From: Sedimentisphaerales bacterium
GTDB lineage: Bacteria > Planctomycetota > Phycisphaerae > Sedimentisphaerales > Anaerobacaceae
Length of the DNA: 24,000 bases
Direction: 5' to 3'
NCBI GenBank assembly: GCA_035527845.1
Contig: DATKZT010000083.1
Location: 7,304 to 31,303 of the forward strand
In this document: in pieces, positions 15,944 through 21,233 of the stretch
How the letters are laid out: the number at the start of each line of letters is the position of its first letter
Numbering within the stretch: position 1 is the first letter of the stretch
Program-made: the position numbers and the translations under genes
The notes under the pieces: model-generated
The model's input: the letters and a program-made list of their open reading frames with translations, nothing else
Told to the model about the DNA's origin: nothing
The model's database searches: none

Positions 15944-17023
15944 TCAAGACCCCGCCGACGCCAGCAATCGTCTCACCTGGGCCTCGTTGAGCACCCCGCC
16001 GTACCGACCCCATGCAAACACGCTCGTCGCGTAAATCTGCTCGTCAAAACGCGGCGGATACACGCGGAGCGGCCTGCGATTCAGGTATTTGCACTTGCGC
16101 CCGGGCACTGCCAGATACCCCAGCGGCAGTTCGTCCGCGGTGTGCTCCGTACCGGCGCCGTTGGAATTCCACGTGTTGCTTGTGGTCAAGCCCAACGTGG
16201 TCACAAGTCGAATCTCTCGAATCAGAGTTTCTGGACCGCTATACACAACGCCTCGCCGCGCCTCGAGCGCGGCGGCGCACCTGTCGCGCCGGCTGAGGTT
16301 GCAAATCAGCACCAAAGGCGTTGCGCTCCCCGTGCGCATCCCAGCCGCCTTGAGGCCGTCGAACAGCGACATCACGCCGGCGTTTATGGTGTTCACATCC
16401 TTTTCCAACGTGGTCGAGCCCACCGCGTCATACGCGATATTCACGCCGTCAACCGTGCCGCCGAATATGCCGTCCGTCGCTGCCTCAATGAGGGCAAAGA
16501 ATACCTCCGCAAGTCTCTCCCACCACGCCAGGTTGTAGTCCTGCACGGCCTCTTCGATGTCCCACCAACGCTGGTCCTCGTACCAGACGCCCGGTATCTG
16601 AAGACCCGCGCCGTACTGGTCGAAGCGAACCGACTCGCTTACACCGGTCAGGCCATAAATAAGGGCCTTCTCGCCTGGCAGGACCTTCTTGAATGACAGG
16701 CCGTTCTTGACGTCCACGATGTCGAAACTGGACAATGTGGAGTTAGAAAGGTCCAGTGCGTCAAAGACGGACAGCCAGCTCATATCAACTTCGCCGGTCC
16801 CGACCTTGAATTTCTCAAAAAGCTGAGATACCTGGTCCGGAAACTGTGAAATCGTCGCAAGCTCCGCAAATTTCTTTGTGAGCGTGCGGGCGTCTCTTAA
16901 CGGCTTGTCGAAGTGGGCCTGCACGGCCCCCCAAAAAGCCTCGTAGCCCTGGGGCGTGAACTGAAAAGCGCCGTCGCGTATGCGCCCCATAGCCGACATC
17001 TTACTCTGGTCGAAAATCTTCAT
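15944..17023 (-). CDS. Putative major capsid protein (HK97-fold); assignment tentative
   Basis: 359 aa with a strong AAGGAG SD. The size, the position in a terminase-containing element and a loose resemblance to Mu gpT / lambda gpE-type capsid proteins support the call. No diagnostic motif was recognised by eye. Confidence 0.45.
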   Translation of the reverse strand: MKIFDQSKMSAMGRIRDGAFQFTPQGYEAFWGAVQAHFDKPLRDARTLTKKFAELATISQFPDQVSQLFEKFKVGTGEVDMSWLSVFDALDLSNSTLSSFDIVDVKNGLSFKKVLPGEKALIYGLTGVSESVRFDQYGAGLQIPGVWYEDQRWWDIEEAVQDYNLAWWERLAEVFFALIEAATDGIFGGTVDGVNIAYDAVGSTTLEKDVNTINAGVMSLFDGLKAAGMRTGSATPLVLICNLSRRDRCAAALEARRGVVYSGPETLIREIRLVTTLGLTTSNTWNSNGAGTEHTADELPLGYLAVPGRKCKYLNRRPLRVYPPRFDEQIYATSVFAWGRYGGVLNEAQVRRLLASAGS

Positions 17024-17027
17024 AATT

Positions 17028-17420
17028 CTACTCCTTTTTCCTTTGTTTCGTGCCCTTGCCGCCTGACGGCAGCTCCGTCTGTTCGTCGGTCGGTATCAAC
17101 GGATTATTCTCCGGGAGAGTCAACCCATCGAAATCGTCCGCGCCGCTGAAATCTCCCGGCTTGCCCCCGCTCTCCACGAAGGCCCAAAATTCGGGAATCA
17201 TATAGCACTGAATGGCCTGCGTGATCAGGTCACTTTGCGTGAGCCCGCTCCGCGCACACGCGGCATCCAAACGCCTCTTATCACTCCCCGTGATTTTCAC
17301 GGTCACGGCCGTGTCCTTCGGTTCAGGAATGGCCGCTAAGAGTTCATCTAACTTGGCGAGCCGTTGCTTTCGCGGCAGCAGTGATAATTCGCGTAGCTGC
17401 TTCGGCGTTATACCAGTCAT
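17028..17420 (-). CDS. Ribbon-helix-helix (CopG/Arc-like) domain protein
   Basis: Start chosen at the ATG at 17418-17420 (AAAGGA SD). VTVKITGSDKRRLDAACARSGLTQSDLITQAIQCYM fits the RHH beta-alpha-alpha pattern. The stop is 4 nt before the capsid-like start. Confidence 0.55.
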   Translation of the reverse strand: MTGITPKQLRELSLLPRKQRLAKLDELLAAIPEPKDTAVTVKITGSDKRRLDAACARSGLTQSDLITQAIQCYMIPEFWAFVESGGKPGDFSGADDFDGLTLPENNPLIPTDEQTELPSGGKGTKQRKKE

Positions 17421-17613
17421 GGCAAATCCTTTCAATAACATCCACAATGCACGGTCAAACAATATGCCAGCAAACTTGCCATAACGCGACTTGCATGTCA
17501 ATAGGCAATCTGAAATTTGTCTCTGTCTCTTGCCCCCAAAAGTGGCCCTAACCATTGCATCTGCAAGGACTTAGGTTTAGGCAAGAAATTTTTTACAATG
17601 GCCGAAAAAAGGG

Positions 17614-17642
17614 TTGACAGTTTCGATTCCCGATGTTATTTT
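17614..17642 (+). promoter_or_regulatory. Sigma70-type promoter (TTGACA-17-TATTTT) in the element's divergent control region
   Basis: TTGACA at 17614-17619, a 17-nt spacer, TATTTT at 17637-17642. The inverted repeat TTCTAC (17641-17646) / GTAGAA (17660-17665) overlaps the -10 box and start region and could be an operator. Confidence 0.5.
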
Positions 17643-17694
17643 CTACTTTTATGGAACATGTAGAATCGACTCGGTTTATCAATTCAGAACTAAC

Positions 17695-17764
17695 GGGCGG
17701 GAAAGCTCTGTCGGCAACGCTGAGCGGGCCTCTACATGGCCTCATTAACTCCCGCCCGCTTTTT
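17695..17764 (+). terminator. Structured leader or sRNA ending in a terminator-like stem plus U-run
   Basis: GGGCGGGA (17695-17702) pairs with TCCCGCCC (17750-17757), followed by GCTTTTT (17758-17764). The 47-nt interior can form two small hairpins (GCTC/GAGC and GGGCC/GGCCT). The GAGGTG SD of the next ORF follows directly. Confidence 0.4.
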
Positions 17765-17778
17765 CTGTGAGGTGCAAA

Positions 17779-18027
17779 ATGGCACACAAGACACAATCAC
17801 CTTCTGCCGAAGCCGTCATCAAAGGGCTCAGTCCGGATGAAAAACTGGCGCTGTATGCTGCTTGTGAGGCTGACCGAAGGAATTTGGGCACTATCGACTT
17901 TATTAAGCAGCTCGAGATGAAACAGATAGTGCAGATTTTGGATCTTTGGCCTATCGAACGTGTTTCTTTTTTGAGGATGGAGCTTGAGAAGATCGTAGCA
18001 GATGGACAAAGCGCAGCCCACGTCTAA
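17779..18027 (+). CDS. Hypothetical small protein (82 aa) of the element
   Basis: ATG at 17779 has GAGGTG 4 nt upstream. Helical-looking sequence (LSPDEKLALYAACEADRRNLGTIDFIKQLEMKQIVQILD). Convergent with TerL, overlapping its end by 4 nt. No family recognised. Confidence 0.4.
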   Translation: MAHKTQSPSAEAVIKGLSPDEKLALYAACEADRRNLGTIDFIKQLEMKQIVQILDLWPIERVSFLRMELEKIVADGQSAAHV

Positions 18028-19640
18028 TCTTCCAAGTCCCAGTCGCCGCCGACCTGCGGAGTCACCGTGTCGGAAGCACAACTGATTCCGGCCCGCACAA
18101 AATCAAGGGCGTGTCCGAGGTCGCCCACGCCGCCCGAACCGACAAGCATTTCTTGGACGGCACAGGCGACCGCGATTGCCAGGGCAACGGCCAGGTCGAT
18201 TTTCTTGCTCTGTCCGGACTTGACGATGCGCATCCCGCGGCCGGTTTCCTTGGCCGTGCAATTTTTCAGGTGTGTTCGCAGCTCCGCGCTTTCGTAAAGC
18301 TCCAGCTTGCCGCCGACAATCAGGGCTTGCAAGGTTTCGGTCATTGAAACGCAATTGCCCTGGGTCTGAGGATACTCCTGCATCGGCAAGCCCTTTTTGG
18401 CCAAAGCCTGAGCGCTCCGCGCGAACTGGTACGGGTCATACCCGACCTGGCCGATTAGATATTTCTGCCAAAGCTCCAGCAAATACGCCTCAACTGTCGT
18501 CTCAAGGTCAACAGCCTGGCCTTTTTGAGGAACGAAAAGCGCGTGGTCATAAACCGCCAAACTGCCCGGCCTGACGGATTGCCCGACAACCACGACGCCG
18601 CAACAATCATGCTTCAGGCCAATGTCCACACCCAACACAACCGGGCCATGACAGGTCCGGCCACGCAGCAGCCCCGGCTTTGTGCAGCTCTGAATCTGCT
18701 CGGCAGAAATGAACGCCGTTTCAGCGGCAACCCAGGCGTTCTCGTGAAAACGCAGGTAAGTCGATTCCGACAGCCGCCGCCTCTGACTTGCAAGGTATCT
18801 TTCCGTGACCCAGGGAATGTCCTCATAGTCCGTTCGCCACAGAAAATAAAAGCGTGCGTCCGCTTCGGCCTTGCCCTCGGCCATGTCCATCCCCTGCCGA
18901 TACCACCGCCAAAGGTGCGTGTCCTCTGAATCCTCGTAGCCGGCATAAGTCACAACCAGAATCAAGCTGTGCTTGCCCGGCACGTTGGTCATTTCGTCAA
19001 TTGCTCGCTTGGCCTCTGCCGACGTAAACCGCCACAATTCGTCGAAAATAACCAAGTCGGGATTAAGCCCGGGCGCTGTGGAATTGCACGGCAGGACCTT
19101 GATAACTCCGTCTGTGGTGCTGCACTTGATAGAATCGCCCGTGATAGTGCATGTCTTACGCAAGTACGGGTTTAATCTGACGGCCTTGCAGATTTTGGCA
19201 AAGACCACGAGCTGGCCTTGCTCCAGGTCTGGCCCCATTATGTAAATCTCGGCAAACTGCTTGCTGACCAGATACCACAGGGCCACTATCGCTGCAATCG
19301 TACTCTTGCCCGACTTTTTGGGCATACCCAGCAAAGCCAAAGTGGGCCTGAGATCGGGCGGGCAATAGAACAGGTCGGAAAAGATGTCTTGCTCCCAGCT
19401 GAGCAAGACTATCGGCTTGCGAGTTTCGGGCAAATAAAAGTGGGTCTCAGCAAAGCCGGCTATGTCGTTTGTGAATTCGTTAGGCCGCTTGACGAACAGT
19501 TCTTCGGCAGCAGCCAACGGCTTGGTTTTCCACCGGCTTGTCAGATTTGCAAGCTGTTTGGCCCGCTTTTCTGGGTCGCTTGCCAGATAGCTTTGGCGCG
19601 GCCGATAGCTGCTTGAGGATGCCTTTGATTTTCCTGCCAT
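18024..19640 (-). CDS. terL: Phage terminase large subunit (COG4626/Terminase_1-like)
   Basis: Walker A GMPKKSGKSTIAAIVALWYL and Walker B PDLVIFDELW. RNaseH-like nuclease motifs VLGVDIGLKHDCCGVVVVG and KKIDLAVALAIAV. Start set at the ATG at 19638-19640 (MAGKSKA, GGAG upstream); the ORF extends to 19709. Confidence 0.85.
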   Translation of the reverse strand: MAGKSKASSSSYRPRQSYLASDPEKRAKQLANLTSRWKTKPLAAAEELFVKRPNEFTNDIAGFAETHFYLPETRKPIVLLSWEQDIFSDLFYCPPDLRPTLALLGMPKKSGKSTIAAIVALWYLVSKQFAEIYIMGPDLEQGQLVVFAKICKAVRLNPYLRKTCTITGDSIKCSTTDGVIKVLPCNSTAPGLNPDLVIFDELWRFTSAEAKRAIDEMTNVPGKHSLILVVTYAGYEDSEDTHLWRWYRQGMDMAEGKAEADARFYFLWRTDYEDIPWVTERYLASQRRRLSESTYLRFHENAWVAAETAFISAEQIQSCTKPGLLRGRTCHGPVVLGVDIGLKHDCCGVVVVGQSVRPGSLAVYDHALFVPQKGQAVDLETTVEAYLLELWQKYLIGQVGYDPYQFARSAQALAKKGLPMQEYPQTQGNCVSMTETLQALIVGGKLELYESAELRTHLKNCTAKETGRGMRIVKSGQSKKIDLAVALAIAVACAVQEMLVGSGGVGDLGHALDFVRAGISCASDTVTPQVGGDWDLED

Positions 19641-19870
19641 TGTCTGTTTTCTCCAAAAACGCACTACGTTTGATTCTGAGGGCCAAACTCCATCCGACCG
19701 TACCCACAAGGGGCAGGGTCGGGCCCCCGTTCATCGTTCCTGGCAAGGCCCAGGTGGCTCGTGAGCTTTCCGGCAGAGCCCATTAACCGCACCGAAGCCC
19801 CCACTTTTTGAAGCTGACTGACGTATTTGCCGGACGTATTCACAAACCACCATTCGTAAGCGGCGCTCTG

Positions 19871-20704
19871 TCATAACTTTACACGCCTGTTGACAACGGC
19901 TTCAGAGGCCGTAGCTCCGCCCCCGGCAGCCACTCCGACGCCAACTTGAGTACTCGGAAAATCCTCGGACCCCCCGCATCCCTTTTTTCCGCCCCCAGAG
20001 CCGTTTTCTATTGTGGACTCATAGAGTCTCTTTTTTGCCTCTTGCCTTTTAGCTTCGAAGTCCGCAGCGGATAGCCGTTGCTTTGGCTTTCCCTTGTTCG
20101 CTATCTGCTCTTTGAATCGCTGGAGTTGGCGTCTGGATTCTTGCTCTCTGTCGCTAAGTAACGCCGCCGCCTGCCCATGAGCAGGCAAAGGCGGTGGCGT
20201 AATAGTCTCTCTTATAGTTGTGTTCTTAGTAGTACGACAATTCTGTCGTACTTGAAAACCATTTTTGTCGTACTTACCACGACAATTCTGTCGTACTTGC
20301 TCGCCTTCGGCGCCTTTGCTGCTATTAGTAGTACGACAATTCTGTCGTACTTGGTTTACTCTGTTCGATACTGCCTTTCCTCTGTACCATAGCTGCGCGG
20401 CTGCTCTTACGGCAGGGTGCGACTTGACCCAAATAGTACGGTATCTGCCTTTGGGGCATTTGACCTGTACCAGGCCGGCCTTGACTATTGTGGCGAACCA
20501 ACGCTGGATTGTCCGTTCGTCCACCATGAACGCTTCAGCGAGCGTTTCGTTGCTCTGCCAACAACCTTTTTCGCCAAAGCTGTAGAAATGGGCCAACAGC
20601 ACTTTTTCAGACAAGCCTATCGACCGCAAATTAAGAATATGGTTTGGCAACTTGAGGTAGCGTTCTTCCGGCTCTTTCGTTTTGCCTTCCTTCATGGCGG
20701 ACAC
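19871..20704 (-). CDS. Replication-initiator-like winged-helix protein (lambda O-like organisation with intragenic iterons)
   Basis: N-terminal HTH/wHTH: YLKLPNHILNLRSIGLSEKVLLAHFYSFGEKGCWQSNETLAEAFMVDERTIQRWFATIVKAGLV. The central region encodes QVRQNCR three times because it is built from DNA iterons. The C-terminus is basic and low-complexity. Confidence 0.65.
   Translation of the reverse strand: MSAMKEGKTKEPEERYLKLPNHILNLRSIGLSEKVLLAHFYSFGEKGCWQSNETLAEAFMVDERTIQRWFATIVKAGLVQVKCPKGRYRTIWVKSHPAVRAAAQLWYRGKAVSNRVNQVRQNCRTTNSSKGAEGEQVRQNCRGKYDKNGFQVRQNCRTTKNTTIRETITPPPLPAHGQAAALLSDREQESRRQLQRFKEQIANKGKPKQRLSAADFEAKRQEAKKRLYESTIENGSGGGKKGCGGSEDFPSTQVGVGVAAGGGATASEAVVNRRVKL
20227..20353. repeat. 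Iteron array: 3 palindromic sites plus 1 half-site inside the rep-like ORF (candidate ori or operator)
   Basis: TAGTAGTACGACAATTCTGTCGTACTTG occurs at 20227-20254 and, identically, at 20326-20353. ACGACAATTCTGTCGTACTTG occurs at 20279-20299. A half-site TGTCGTACTT lies at 20266-20275. Each full site is a dyad, GTACGACA-ATTC-TGTCGTAC. Confidence 0.85.
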
Positions 20705-20861
20705 TCCGTTCGCGTTCGATCTTCACTGAGGGCGGAGCGATGATTGCGAGCGAGTAGCCCCGGCCCTGTTCACGCTCGTACAACTTGAGCGTCACCTCTG
20801 CGCCCGAGACTGCATCCGTCAGCCTCACCGCGTCCCCGAATCTCAGTCTGGTCACATACAT
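20631..20861 (-). CDS. Small CsrA-like protein (tentative)
   Basis: MYVTRLRFGDAVRLTD....VTLKL......YSLAIIAPPSVKIERE resembles the CsrA pattern M.ILTR..GE...IGD.V.V.VL......V.IGI.AP..V.I.R.E. The SD is weak. The last ~24 codons overlap the rep start in another frame. Confidence 0.3.
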   Translation of the reverse strand: MYVTRLRFGDAVRLTDAVSGAEVTLKLYEREQGRGYSLAIIAPPSVKIERERSVRHEGRQNERAGRTLPQVAKPYS

Positions 20862-20973
20862 CCCATACGTCCCAAATACGTCTTTTCCTAACGGGTTTAG
20901 TGTGTGTGTGGTCTCGGCTTGCAGTAGGTAGTCAGAAGGGTTTCTGTTTTTACGTCAAATCCGAGGCCATAAA

Positions 20974-21007
20974 GGCGTGAAGATAAAAGACTTACAACAC
21001 GGGGTTG
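20974..21007. repeat. Right terminal inverted repeat of the element (partner 14334-14368)
   Basis: See the left-repeat entry. It abuts attR directly. Confidence 0.6.
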
Positions 21008-21048
21008 GGCTTAAAAGGCCGTTGCTCTACCTGCTGAGCTACACTCCC
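21008..21048 (-). pseudogene. attR: orphan 5' fragment (nt 1-41) of tRNA-Lys(UUU)
   Basis: Minus strand: GGGAGTGTAGCTCAGCAGGTAGAGCAACGGCCTTTTAAGCC, after which similarity to the tRNA is lost (CAACCCCGTG...). No T-arm or 3' acceptor strand follows. Confidence 0.85.
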
Positions 21049-21066
21049 GGCAGCCTGCAACGCACA

Positions 21067-21095
21067 ATAATAAGCCCTTGTGCCGACAGCGTCAA
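21067..21095 (-). promoter_or_regulatory. Presumed native tRNA-Lys promoter, now orphaned upstream of the 5' fragment
   Basis: Minus strand: TTGACG (21095-21090), 17 nt, TATTAT (21072-21067), ending 18 nt upstream of fragment position 1. Confidence 0.5.
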
Positions 21096-21161
21096 CAAGA
21101 CTTTGCACGATTCCGTCCGGGACGGCAGAAAAGGCGGGCCGCAGGAATCCGCAACCTGCCC

Positions 21162-21181
21162 AAAAAGCGCGGACGTGCGCT
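21162..21181 (-). terminator. Candidate rho-independent terminator of the multidomain gene
   Basis: Minus strand: AGCGC-ACGTCC-GCGCT followed by TTTTT, about 55 nt downstream of the stop at 21234. The stem is short (5 bp), so this is tentative. Confidence 0.4.
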
Positions 21182-21233
21182 CAAAATGCGCCGGCAGCAC
21201 GCTTCATTTCGCTTCGGCGAAGGCGCAGCGTCC

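Larger units (their letters stand above)
14293..21048. mobile_element. Integrated ~6.7-kb tRNA-Lys-targeting element (phage-satellite-like / minimal prophage-like island)
   Basis: Bounded by 41-bp direct repeats (40/41 identical). Imperfect ~35-bp terminal inverted repeats lie at 14334-14368 and 20974-21007. Carries a tyrosine integrase next to attL, an xis-like HTH, a capsid-like gene, an RHH gene, TerL, and Rep with iterons. Confidence 0.8.

Noticed and set aside
15719-16696. A 325-aa plus-strand ORF.
   Set aside because: It lies antisense to the capsid-like gene, is Arg/Pro-rich and has no SD. The minus-strand ORF has a strong AAGGAG SD and normal composition.
19731-19874. A 47-aa minus-strand ORF (MTERRLRMVVCEYVRQIRQS...) whose ATG overlaps the rep stop in an ATGA arrangement.
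   Set aside because: The translational-coupling geometry is suggestive. However, the ORF is short, has no recognisable family and I cannot assess conservation, so I did not promote it to a feature. It is worth checking, because no small terminase was found in the element.
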